Origin: the human T2T-CHM13v2.0 reference genome, Homo sapiens
Length of the DNA: 64,000 nt
Assembly (NCBI RefSeq): GCF_009914755.1
Contig: NC_060925.1
Strand: one strand, 5' to 3'
Positions 42,701 to 57,350 of the stretch are shown here, one piece after another. The notes under the pieces were generated by a model. It searched no databases. It saw nothing but the letters and a program-made list of their open reading frames with translations, and was not told the DNA's origin. A program made the position numbers and the translations under genes. Within the stretch, counting starts at the first letter, position 1. Each line of letters begins with the position of its first letter.

Positions 42701-43855
42701 AATTATCGAATGGAATCGAAGAGAATCATCGAATGGACCCGAATGGAATCATCTAATGGAATGGAATGGAATAATCCATGGACTCGAATGCAATCATCAT
42801 CGAATGGAATCGAATGGAATCATCGAATGGACTCGAATGGAATAATCATTGAACGGAATCGAATGGAATCATCATCGGATGGAAATGAATGGAATCATCA
42901 TCGAATGGAATCGAATAGAATTATGGAATGAAATCCAGTGTGATCATCATCGAATGGACCCGAATGGAATCATCATCCAACGGAAGCTAATGGAATCAAC
43001 ATCGAATGAATCAAATGGAAACACCATCGAATTGAAACGAATGGAATTATCATGAAATTGAAATGGATGGAGTCATCATCGAATGGATTCGAATGGAATC
43101 ATCGAATAAAATTGATTGAAATCATCATCGAATGGAATCGAATGGTATCATTGAATGGAATCGAATGGAATCATCATCAGATGGAAATGAATGGAATCGT
43201 CATAGAATGGAATCGAATGGATTCATTGAATGGAATCAGATGGAATCATCGAATGGACTGGAATGGAATCATTGAATGGACTCGAAAGGGATCATTATTG
43301 AATGGAATTGAATGGAATCATTGAATGGTCTCGATTGGAATCATTATCAAATGGAATCGAATGGAATCACCGAATAGAATCGTATAGAACAATCATCGAA
43401 TGGACTCAAATGGAATTATCCTCAAATGGAATCGAATGGAATTATCGAATGCAATCGAATGGAATTATCGAATGCAATCGAATAGAATCATCGAATGGAC
43501 TCGAATGGAATCATCGAATGGAATGGAATGGAACAGTCAATGAACTCGAATGGAATCATCATTGAATGGAATCGAATGGAATCATCGAGTGGAATCGAAT
43601 GGAATTATGATCAAATGGAATCGAATGTAATCATCATCAAATGGAATCAAAAATAACCATCATCAATTGGTATTGAATGGAATTGTCATCAAATGGAATT
43701 CAAAGGAATCATCATCAAATGGAACCGAATGGAATCCTCATTGAATGGAAATGAAAGGGGTCATCATCTAATGGAATCGCATGGAATCATCATCAAATGG
43801 AATCGAATGGAATCATCATCAAATGGAATCTAATGGAATCATTGAACAGAATTGA
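36752..43855 (+). repeat. Local 3552-bp dimer repeat (two copies)
   Basis: Units 36752 and 40304 share cgaaaggaccc and catccaatgg; units 38528 and 42080 share ttgaatgcaatc in copy B and gaatcaaatggaaac. Confidence 0.8.
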
Positions 43856-45631
43856 ATGGAATCGTCATCGAATGAATTGAATGCAATCATCGAATGGTCT
43901 CGAATGGAATCATCTTCTAATGGAAAGGAATGGAATCATCGCATGGAATCGAATGGAATTATCATCGAATGGAATCGAATGGTATCAACACCAAACGGAA
44001 AAAAACGGAATTATCGAATGGAATCGAAGAGAATCTTCGAACGGACCCGAATGGAATCATCTAATGGAATGGAATGGAATAATCCATGGACTCGAATGCA
44101 ATCATCATCGAATAGAATCGAATGGAATCATCGAATGGACTCGAATGGAATAATCATTGAACGGAATCGAATGGAATCATCATCGGATGGAAACGAATGG
44201 AATCATCATCGAATGGAAATGAAAGGAGTCATCATCTAATGGAATTGCATGGAATCATCATAAAATGGAATCGAATGGAATCAACATCAAATGGAATCAA
44301 ATGGAATCATTGAACGGAATTGAATGGAATCGTCATCGAATGAATTGAATGCAATCATCGAATGGTCTCGAATGGAATCATCTTCAAATGGAATGGAATG
44401 GAATCATCGCATAGAATCGAATGGAATTATCATCGAATGGAATCGAATGGAATCAACATCCAACGGAAAAAAACGGAATTATCGAATGGAATCGAAGAGA
44501 ATCATCGAATGGACCCGAATGGAATCATCTAATGGAATGGAATGGAATAATCCATGGACTCGAATGCAATCATCATCGAATGGAATCGAATGGAATCATC
44601 GAATGGACTCGAATGGAATAATCATTGAACGGAATCGAATGGAATCATCATCGGATGGAAATGAATGGAATCATCATCGAATGGAATCGAATAGAATTAT
44701 GGAATGAAATCCAGTGTGATCATCATCGAAAGGACCCGAATGGAATCATCATCCAACGGAAGCTAATGGAATCAACATCGAATGAATCGAATGGAAACAC
44801 CATCGAATTGAAACGAATGGAATTATCATGAAATTGAAATGGATGGACTCATCATCGAATGGATTCGAATGGAATCATCGAATAAAATTGATTGAAATCA
44901 TCATCCAATGGAATCGAATGGTATCATTGAATGGAATCGAATGGAATCATCATCAGATGGAAATGAATGGAATCGTCATAGAATGGAATCGAATGGATTC
45001 ATTGAATGGAATCAGATGGAATCATCGAATGGACTGGAATGGAATCATTGAATGGACTCGAAAGGGATCATTATTGAATGGAATTGAATGGAATCATCGA
45101 ATGGTCTCGATTGGAATCATTATCAAATGGAATCGAATGGAATCACCGAATAGAATCGAATGGAACAATCATCGAATGGACTCAAATGGAATTATCCTCC
45201 AATGGAATCGAATGGAATTATCGAATGCAATCGAATGGAATTATCGAATGCAATCGAATAGAATCATCGAATGGACTCGAATGGAATCATCGAATGGAAT
45301 GGAATGGAACAGTCAATGAACTCGAATGGAATCATCATTGAATGGAATCGAATGGAATCATCGAGTGGAATCGAATGGAATTATGATCAAATGGAATCGA
45401 ATGTAATCATCATCAAATGGAATCAAAAATAACCATCATCAATTGGTATTGAATGGAATTGTCATCAAATGGAATTCAAAGGAATCATCATCAAATGGAA
45501 CCGAATGGAATCCTCATTGAATGGAAATGAAAGGGGTCATCATCTAATGGAATCGCATGGAATCATCATCAAATGGAATCGAATGGAATCATCATCAAAT
45601 GGAATCTAATGGAATCATTGAACAGAATTGA

Positions 45632-48600
45632 ATGGAATCGTCATCGAATGAATTGAATGCAATCATCGAATGGTCTCGAATGGAATCATCTTCTAATGGA
45701 AAGGAATGGAATCATCGCATAGAATCGAATGGAATTATCATCGAATGGAATCGAATGGTATCAACACCAAACGGAAAAAAACGGAATTATCGAATGGAAT
45801 CGAAGAGAATCTTCGAACGGACCCTAATGGAATCATCTAATGGAATGGAATGGAATAATCCATGGACTCGAATGCAATCATCATCGAATGGAATCGAATG
45901 GAATCATCGAATGGACTCGAATGGAATAATCATTGAACGGAATCGAATGGAATCATCATCGGATGGAAACGAATGGAATCATCATCGAATGGAAATGAAA
46001 GGAGTCATCATCTAATGGAATTGCATGGAATCATCATAAAATGGAATCGAATGGAATCAACATCAAATGGAATCAAATGGAATCATTGAACGGAATTGAA
46101 TGGAATCGTCATCGAATGAATTGACTGCAATCATCGAATGGTCTCGAATGGAATCATATTCAAATGGAATGGAATGGAATCATCCCATAGAATCGAATGG
46201 AATTATCATAGAATGGAATCGAATGGAATCAACATCAAACGGAAAAAAACGGAATTATCGAATGGAATCGAAGAGAATCATCGAATGGACCCGAATGGAA
46301 TCATCTAATGGAATGGAATGGAATAATCCATGGACTCGAATGCAATCATCATCGAATGGAATCGAATGGAATCATCGAATGGACTCGAATGGAATAATCA
46401 TTGAACGGAATCGAATGGAATCATCATCGGATGGAAATGAATGGAATCATCATCGAATGGAATCGAATAGAATTATGGAATGAAATCCAGTGTGATCATC
46501 ATCGAATGGACCCGAATGGAATCATCATCCAACGGAAGCTAACGGAATCAACATCGAATGAATCGAATGGAAACACCATCGAATTGAAACGAATGGAATT
46601 ATCATGAAATTGAAATGGATGGACTCATCATCGAATGGATTCGAATGGAATCATCGAATAAAATTGATTGAAATCATCATCCAATGGAATCGAATGGTAT
46701 CATTGAATGGAATCGAATGGAATCATCATCAGATGGAAATGAATGGAATCGTCATAGAATGGAATCGAATGGATTCATTGAATGGAATCAGATGGAATCA
46801 TCGAATGGACTGGAATGGAATCATTGAATGGACTCGAAAGGGATCATGATTGAATGGAATTGAATGGAATCATCGAATGGTCTCGATTGGAATCATTATC
46901 AAATGGAATCGAATGGAATCACCGAATAGAATCGAATGGAACAATCATCGAATGGACTCAAATGGAATTATCCTCCAATGGAATCGAATGGAATTATCGA
47001 ATGCAATCGAATGGAATTATCGAATGCAATCGAATAGAATCATCGAATGGACTCGAATGGAATCATCGAATGGAATGGAATGGAACAGTCAATGAACTCG
47101 AATGGAATCATCATTGAATGGAATCGAATGGAATCATCGAGTGGAATCGAATGGAATTATGATCAAATGGAATCGAATGTAATCATCATCAAATGGAATC
47201 AAAAATAACCATCATCAATTGGTATTGAATGGAATTGTCATCAAATGGAATTCAAAGGAATCATCATCAAATGGAACCGAATGGAATCCTCATTGAATGG
47301 AAATGAAAGGGGTCATCATCTAATGGAATCGCATGGAATCATCATCAAATGGAATCGAATGGAATCATCATCAAATGGAATCTAATGGAATCATTGAACA
47401 GAATTGAATGGAATCGTCATCGAATGAATTGAATGCAATCATCGAATGGTCTCGAATGGAATCATCTTCTAATGGAAAGGAATGGAATCATCGCATAGAA
47501 TCGAATGGAATTATCATCGAATGGAATCGAATGGTATCAACACCAAACGGAAAAAAACGGAATTATCGAATGGAATCGAAGAGAATCTTCGAACGGACCC
47601 GAATGGAATCATCTAATGGAATGGAATGGAATAATCCATGGACTCGAATGCAATCATCATCGAATGGAATCGAATGGAATCATCGAATGGACTCGAATGG
47701 AATAATCATTGAACGGAATCGAATGGAATCATCATCGGATGGAAACGAATGGAATCATCATCGAATGGAAATGAAAGGAGTCATCATCTAATGGAATTGC
47801 ATGGAATCATCATAAAATGGAATCGAATGGAATCAACATCAAATGGAATCAAATGGAATCATTGAACGGAATTGAATGGAATCGTCATCGAATGAATTGA
47901 CTGCAATCATCGAATGGTCTCGAATGGAATCATATTCAAATGGAATGGAATGGAATCATCCCATAGAATCGAATGGAATTATCATAGAATGGAATCGAAT
48001 GGAATCAACATCAAACGGAAAAAAACGGAATTATCGAATGGAATCGAAGAGAATCATCGAATGGACCCGAATGGAATCATCTAATGGAATGGAATGGAAT
48101 AATCCATGGACTCGAATGCAATCATCATCGAATGGAATCGAATGGAATCATCGAATGGACTCGAATGGAATAATCATTGAACGGAATCGAATGGAATCAT
48201 CATCGGATGGAAATGAATGGAATCATCATCGAATGGAATCGAATAGAATTATGGAATGAAATTCAGTGTGATCATCATCGAATGGACCCGAATGGAATCA
48301 TCATCCAACGGAAGCTAACGGAATCAACATCGAATGAATCGAATGGAAACACCATCGAATTGAAACGAATGGAATTATCATGAAATTGAAATGGATGGAC
48401 TCATCATCGAATGGATTCGAATGGAATCATCGAATAAAATTGATTGAAATCATCATCCAATGGAATCGAATGGTATCATTGAATGGAATCGAATGGAATC
48501 ATCATCAGATGGAAATGAATGGAATCGTCATAGAATGGAATCGAATGGATTCATTGAATGGAATCAGATGGAATCATCGAATGGACTGGAATGGAATCAT

Positions 48601-49183
48601 TGAATGGACTCGAAAGGGATCATGATTGAATGGAATTGAATGGAATCATCGAATGGTCTCGATTGGAATCATTATCAAATGGAATCGAATGGAATCACCG
48701 AATAGAATCGAATGGAACAATCATCGAATGGACTCAAATGGAATTATCCTCCAATGGAATCGAATGGAATTATCGAATGCAATCGAATGGAATTATCGAA
48801 TGCAATCGAATAGAATCATCGAATGGACTCGAATGGAATCATCGAATGGAATGGAATGGAACAGTCAATGAACTCGAATGGAATCATCATTGAATGGAAT
48901 CGAATGGAATCATCGAGTGGAATCGAATGGAATTATGATCAAATGGAATCGAATGTAATCATCATCAAATGGAATCAAAAATAACCATCATCAATTGGTA
49001 TTGAATGGAATTGTCATCAAATGGAATTCAAAGGAATCATCATCAAATGGAACCGAATGGAATCCTCATTGAATGGAAATGAAAGGGGTCATCATCTAAT
49101 GGAATCGCATGGAATCATCATCAAATGGAATCGAATGGAATCATCATCAAATGGAATCTAATGGAATCATTGAACAGAATTGA
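45632..49183 (+). repeat. Adjacent near-identical unit pair (recent monomer duplication)
   Basis: Both units carry catattcaaa, catcccatag, atcatagaat and gctaacgg at 1776-bp offset. Confidence 0.85.
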
Positions 49184-50959
49184 ATGGAATCGTCATCGAA
49201 TGAATTGAATGCAATCATCGAATGGTCTCGAATGGAATCATCTTCTAATGGAAAGGAATGGAATCATCGCATAGAATCGAATGGAATTATCATCGAATGG
49301 AATCGAATGGTATCAACACCAAACGGAAAAAAACGGAATTATCGAATGGAATCGAAGAGAATCTTCGAACGGACCCGAATGGAATCATCTAATGGAATGG
49401 AATGGAATAATCCATGGACTCGAATGCAATCATCATCGAATGGAATGGAATGGAATCATCGAATGGACTCGAATGGAATAATCATTGAACGGAATCGAAT
49501 GGAATCATCATCGGATGGAAACGAATGGAATCATCATCGAATGGAAATGAAAGGAGTCATCATCTAATGGAATTGCATGGAATCATCATAAAATGGAATC
49601 GAATGGAATCAACATCAAATGGAATCAAATGGAATCATTGAACGGAATTGAATGGAATCGTCATCGAATGAATTGACTGCAATCATCGAATGGTCTCGAA
49701 TGGAATCATCTTCAAATGGAATGGAATGGAATCATCGCATAGAATCGAATGGAATTATCATCGAATGGAATCGAATGGAATCAACACCCAACGGAAAAAA
49801 ACAGAATTATCGTATGGAATCGAAGAGAATCATCGAATGGACCCGAATGGAATCATCTAATGGAATGGAATGGAATAATCCATGGACTCGAATGCAATCA
49901 TCATCGAATGGAATCGAATGGAATCATCGAATGGACTCGAATGGAATAATCATTGAACGGAATCGAATGGAATCATCATCGGATGGAAATGAATGGAATC
50001 ATCATCGAATGGAATCGAATAGAATTATGGAATGAAATCCAGTGTGATCATCATCGAATGGACCCGAATGGAATCATCATCCAACGGAAGCTAATGGAAT
50101 CAACATCGAATGAATCGAATGGAAACACCATCGAATTGAAACGAATGGAATTATCATGAAATTGAAATGGATGGACTCATCATCGAATGGATTCGAATGG
50201 AATCATCGAATAAAATTGATTGAAATCATCATCAAATGGAATCGAATGGTATCATTGAATGGAATCGAATGGAATCATCATCAGATGGAAATGAATGGAA
50301 TCGTCATAGAATGGAATCGAATGGATTCATTGAATGGAATCAGATGGAATCATCGAATGGACTGGAATGGAATCATTGAATGGACTCGAAAGGGATCATG
50401 ATTGAATGGAATTGAATGGAATCATCGAATGGTCTCGATTGGAATCATTACCAAATGGAATCGAATGGAATCACCGAATAGAATCGAATGGAACAATCAT
50501 CGAATGGACTCAAATGGAATTATCCTCAAATGGAATCGAATGGAATTATCAAATGCAATCGAATGGAATTATCGAATGCAATCGAATAGAATCATTGAAA
50601 GGACTCGAATGGAATCATCGAATGGAATGGAATGGAACAGTCAATGAACTCGAATGGAATCATCATTGAATGGAATCGAATGGAATCATCGAATGGAATC
50701 GAATGGAATTATGATCAAATGGAATCGAATGTAATCATCATCAAATGGAATCAAAAATAACCATCATCAATTGGTATTGAATGGAATTGTCATCAAATGG
50801 AATTCAAAGGAATCATCATCAAATGGAACCGAATGGAATCCTCATTGAATGGAAATGAAAGGGGTCATCATCTAATGGAATCGCATGGAATCATCATCAA
50901 ATGGAATCGAATGGAATCATCATCAAATGGAATCTAATGGAATCATTGAACAGAATTGA

Positions 50960-52022
50960 ATGGAATCGTCATCGAATGAATTGAATGCACTCATCGAATG
51001 GTCTCGAATGGAATCATCTTCTAATGGAAAGGAATGGAATCATCGCATAGAATCGAATGGAATTATCATCGAATGGAATCGAATGGTATCAACACCAAAC
51101 GGAAAAAAACGGAATTATCGAATGGAATCGAAGAGAATCTTCGAACGGACACGAATGGAATCATCTAATGGAATGGAATGGAATAATCCATGGACTCGAA
51201 TGCAATCATCATCGAATGGAATCGAATGGAGTCATCGAATGGACTCGAATGGAATAATCATTGAACGGAATCGAATGGAATCATCATCGGATGGAAACGA
51301 ATGGAATCATCATCGAATGGAAATGAAAGGAGTCATCATCTAATGGAATTGCATGGAATCATCATAAAATGGAATCGAATGGAATCAACATCAAATGGAA
51401 TCAAATGGAATCATTGAACGGAATTGAATGGAATCGTCATCGAATGAATTGACTGCAATCATCGAATGGTCTCGAATGGAATCATCTTCAAATGGAATGG
51501 AATGGAATCATCGCATAGAATCGAATGGAATTATCATCGAATGGAATCGAATGGAATCAACATCAAACGGAAAAAAACGGAATTATCGAATGGAATCGAA
51601 GAGAATCATCGAATGGACCCGAATGGAATCATCTAATGGAATGGAATGGAATAATCCATGGACTCGAATGCAATCATCATCGAATGGAATCGAATGGAAT
51701 CATCGAATGAACTCGAATGGAATCATCATTGAATGGAATCGAATGGAATCATCGAGTGGAATCGAATGGAATTATGATCAAATGGAATCGAATGTAATCA
51801 TCATCAAATGGAATCAAAAATAACCATCATCAATTGGTATTGAATGGAATTGTCATCAAATGGAATTCAAAGGAATCATCATCAAATGGAACCGAATGGA
51901 ATCCTCATTGAATGGAAATGAAAGGGGTCATCATCTAATGGAATCGCATGGAATCATCATCAAATGGAATCGAATGGAATCATCATCAAATGGAATCTAA
52001 TGGAATCATTGAACAGAATTGA
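50960..52022 (+). repeat. 1063-bp truncated unit (713-bp deletion)
   Basis: Anchor spacing 1063; junction at ~51707; same private SNVs as the unit at 35689. Confidence 0.93.
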
Positions 52023-55000
52023 ATGGAATCGTCATCGAATGAATTGAATGCAATCATCGAATGGTCTCGAATGGAATCATCTTCTAATGGAAAGGAATGG
52101 AATCATCGCATAGAATCGAATGGAATTATCATCGAATGGAATCGAATGGTATCAACACCAAACGGAAAAAAACGGAATTATCGAATGGAATCGAAGAGAA
52201 TCTTCGAACGGACCCGAATGGAATCATCTAATGGAATGGAATGGAATAATCCATGGACTCGAATGCAATCATCATCGAATGGAATCGAATGGAATCATCG
52301 AATGGACTCGAATGGAATAATCATTGAACGGAATCGAATGGAATCATCATCGGATGGAAACGAATGGAATCATCATCGAATGGAAATGAAAGGAGTCATC
52401 ATCTAATGGAATTGCATGGAATCATCATAAAATGGAATCGAATGGAATCAACATCAAATGGAATCAAATGGAATCATTGAACGGAATTGAATGGAATCGT
52501 CATCGAATGAATTGACTGCAATCATCGAATGGTCTCGAATGGAATCATCTTCAAATGGAATGGAATGGAATCATCGCATAGAATCGAATGGAATTATCAT
52601 CGAATGGAATCGAATGGAATCAACATCCAACGGAAAAAAACGGAATTATCGAATGGAATCGAAGAGAATCATCGAATGGACCCGAATGGAATCATCTAAT
52701 GGAATGGAATGGAATAATCCATGGACTCGAATGCAATCATCATCGAATGGAATCGAATGGAATCATCGAATGGACTCGATTGGAATAATCATTGAACGGA
52801 ATCGAATGGAATCATCATCGGATGGAAATGAATGGAATCATCATCGAATGGAATCGAATAGAATTATGGAATGAAATCCAGTGTGATCATCATCGAAAGG
52901 ACCCGAATGGAATCATCATCCAACGGAAGCTAATGGAATCAACATCGAATGAATCGAATGGAAACACCATCGAATTGAAACGAATGGAATTATCATGAAA
53001 TTGAAATGGATGGACTCATCATCGAATGGATTCGAATGGAATCATCGAATAAAATTGATTGAAATCATCATCCAATGGAATCGAATGGTATCATTGAATG
53101 GAATCGAATGTAATCATCATCAGATGGAAATGAATGGAATCGTCATAGAATGGAATCGAATGGATTCATTGAATGGAATCAGATGGAATCATCGAATGGA
53201 CTGGAATGGAATCATTGAATGGACTCGAAAGGGATCATGATTGAATGGAATTGAATGGAATCATCGAATGGTCTCGATTGGAATCATTATCAAATGGAAT
53301 CGAATGGAATCACCGAATAGAATCGAATGGAACAATCATCGAATGGACTCAAATGGAATTATCCTCAAATGGAATCGAATGGAATTATCGAATGCAATCG
53401 AATGGAATTATCGAATGCAATCGAATAGAATCATCGAATGGACTCGAATGGAATCATCGAATGGAATGGAATGGAACAGTCAATGAACTCGAATGGAATC
53501 ATCATTGAAAGGAATCGAATGGAATCATCGAGTGGAATCGAATGGAATTATGATCAAATGGAATCGAATGTAATCATCATCAAATGGAATCAAAAATAAC
53601 CATCATCAATTGGTATTGAATGGAATTGTCATCAAATGGAATTCAAAGGAATCATCATCAAATGGAACCGAATGGAATCCTCATTGAATGGAAATGAAAG
53701 GGGTCATCATCTAATGGAATCGGATGGAATCATCATCAAATGGAATCGAATGGAATCATCATCAAATGGAATCTAATGGAATCATTGAACAGAATTGAAT
53801 GGAATCGTCATCGAATGAATTGAATGCAATCATCGAATGGTCTCGAATGGAATCATCTTCTAATGGAAAGGAATGGAATCATCGCATAGAATCGAATGGA
53901 ATTATCATCGAATGGAATCGAATGGTATCAACACCAAACGGAAAAAAACGGAATTATCGAATGGAATCGAAGAGAATCTTCGAACGGACCCGAATGGAAT
54001 CATCTAATGGAATGGAATGGAATAATCCATGGACTCGAATGCAATCATCATCGAATGGAATCGAATGGAATCATCGAATGGACTCGAATGGAATAATCAT
54101 TGAACGGAATCGAATTGAATCATCATCGGATGGAAACGAATGGAATCATCATCGAATGGAAATGAAAGGAGTCATCATCTAATGGAATTGCATGGAATCA
54201 TCATACAATGGAATCGAATGGAATCAACATCAAATGGAATCAAATGGAATCATTGAACGGAATTGAATGGAATCGTCATCGAATGAATTGAATGCAATCA
54301 TCGAATGGTCTCGAATGGAATCATCTTCAAATGGAATGGAATGGAATCATCGCATAGAATCGAATGGAATTATCATCGAATGGAATCGAATGGAATCAAC
54401 ATCCAACGGAAAAAAACGGAATTATCGAATGGAATCGAAGAGAATCATCGAATGGACCCGAATGGAATCATCTAATGGAATGGAATGGAATAATCCATGG
54501 ACTCGAATGCAATCATCATCGAATGGAATCGAATGGAATCATCGAATGGACTCGAATGGAATAATCATTGAACGGAATCGAATGGAATCATCATCGGATG
54601 GAAATGAATGGAATCATCATCGAATGGAATCGAATAGAATTATGGAATGAAATCCAGTGTGATCATCATCGAATGGACCCGAATGGAATCATCATCCAAC
54701 GGAAGCTAATGGAATCAACATCGAATGAATCAAATGGAAACACCATCGAATTGAAACGAATGGAATTATCATGAAATTGAAATGGATGGACTCATCATCG
54801 AATGGATTCGAATGGAATCATCGAATAAAATTGATTGAAATCATCATTGAATGGAATCGAATGGTATTATTGAATGGAATCGAATGGAATCATCATCAGA
54901 TGGAAATGAATGGAATCGTCATAGAATGGAATCGAATGGATTCATTGAATGGAATCAGATGGAATCATCGAATGGACTGGAATGGAATCATTGAATGGAC

Positions 55001-57350
55001 TCGAAAGGGATCATTATTGAATGGAATTGAATGGAATCATTGAATGGTCTCGATTGGAATCATTATCAAATGGAATCGAATGGAATCACCGAATAGAATC
55101 GTATAGAACAATCATCGAATGGACTCAAATGGAATTATCCTCAAATGGAATCGAATGGAATTATCGAATGCAATCGAATGGAATTATCGAATGCAATCAA
55201 ATAGAATCATCGAATGGACTCGAATGGAATCATCGAATGGAATGGAATGGAACAGTCAATGAACTCGAATGGAATCATCATTGAATGGAATCGAATGGAA
55301 TCATCGAGTGGAATCGAATGGAATTATGATCAAATGGAATCGAATGTAATCATCATCAAATGGAATCAAAAATAACCATCATCAATTGGTATTGAATGGA
55401 ATTGTCATCAAATGGAATTCAAAGGAATCATCATCAAATGGAACCGAATGGAATCCTCATTGAATGGAAATGAAAGGGGTCATCATCTAATGGAATCGCA
55501 TGGAATCATCATCAAATGGAATCGAATGGAATCATCATCAAATGGAATCTAATGGAATCATTGAACAGAATTGAATGGAATCGTCATCGAATGAATTGAA
55601 TGCAATCATCGAATGGTCTCGAATGGAATCATCTTCTAATGGAAAGGAATGGAATCATCGCATAGAATCGAATGGAATTATCATCGAATGGAATCGAATG
55701 GTATCAACACCAAACGGAAAAAAACGGAATTATCGAATGGAATCGAAGAGAATCTTCGAACGGACCCGAATGGAATCATCTAATGGAATGGAATGGAATA
55801 ATCCATGGACTCGAATGCAATCATCATCGAATGGAATGGAATGGAATCATCGAATGGACTCGAATGGAATAATCATTGAACGGAATCGAATGGAATCATC
55901 ATCGGATGGAAACGAATGGAATCATCATCGAATGGAAATGAAAGGAGTCATCATCTAATGGAATTGCATGGAATCATCATAAAATGGAATCGAATGGAAT
56001 CAACATCAAATGGAATCAAATGGAATCATTGAACGGAATTGAATGGAATCGTCATCGAATGAATTGACTGCAATCATCGAATGGTCTCGAATGGAATCAT
56101 CTTCAAATGGAATGGAATGGAATCATCGCATAGAATCGAATGGAATTATCATCGAATGGAATCGAATGGAATCAACATCCAACGGAAAAAAACGGAATTA
56201 TCGAATGGAATCGAAGAGAATCATCGAATGGACCCGAATGGAATCATCTAATGGAATGGAATGGAATAATCCATGGACTCGAATGCAATCATCATCGAAT
56301 GGAATCGAATGGAATCATCGAATGGACTCGAATGGAATAATCATTGAACGGAATCGAATGGAATCATCATCGGATGGAAATGAATGGAATCATCATCGAA
56401 TGGAATCGAATAGAATTATGGAATGAAATCCAGTGTGATCATCATCGAAAGGACCCGAATGGAATCATCATCCAACGGAAGCTAATGGAATCAACATCGA
56501 ATGAATCGAATGGAAACACCATCGAATTGAAACGAATGGAATTATCATGAAATTGAAATGGATGGACTCATCATCGAATGGATTCGAATGGAATCATCGA
56601 ATAAAATTGATTGAAATCATCATCGAATGGAATCGAATGGTATCATTGAATGGAATCGAATGTAATCATCCTCAGATGGAAATGAATGGAATCGTCATAG
56701 AATGGAATCGAATGGATTCATTGAATGGAATCAGATGGAATCATCGAATGGACTGGAATGGAATCATTGAATGGACTCGAAAGGGATCATGATTGAATGG
56801 AATTGAATGGAATCATCGAATGGTCTCGATTGGAATCGTTATCAAATGGAATCGAATGGAATCACCGAATAGAATCGAATGGAACAATCATCGAATGGAC
56901 TCAAATGGAATTATCCTCCAATGGAATCGAATGGAATTATCGAATGCAATCGAATGGAATTATCGAATGCAATCGAATAGAATCATCGAATGGACTCGAA
57001 TGGAATCATCGAATGGAATGGAATGGAACAGTCAATGAACTCGAATGGAATCATCATTGAATGGAATCGAATGGAATCATCGAGTGGAATCGAATGGAAT
57101 TATGATCAAATGGAATCGAATGTAATCATCATGAAATGGAATCAAAAATAACCATCATCAATTGGTATCGAATGGAATTGTCATCAAATGGAATTCAAAG
57201 GAATCATCATCAAATGGAACCGAATGGAATCCTCATTGAATGGAAATGAAAGGGGTCATCATCTAATGGAATCGCATGGAATCATCATCAAATGGAATCG
57301 AATGGAATCATCATCAAATGGAATCTAATGGAATCATTGAACAGAATTGA

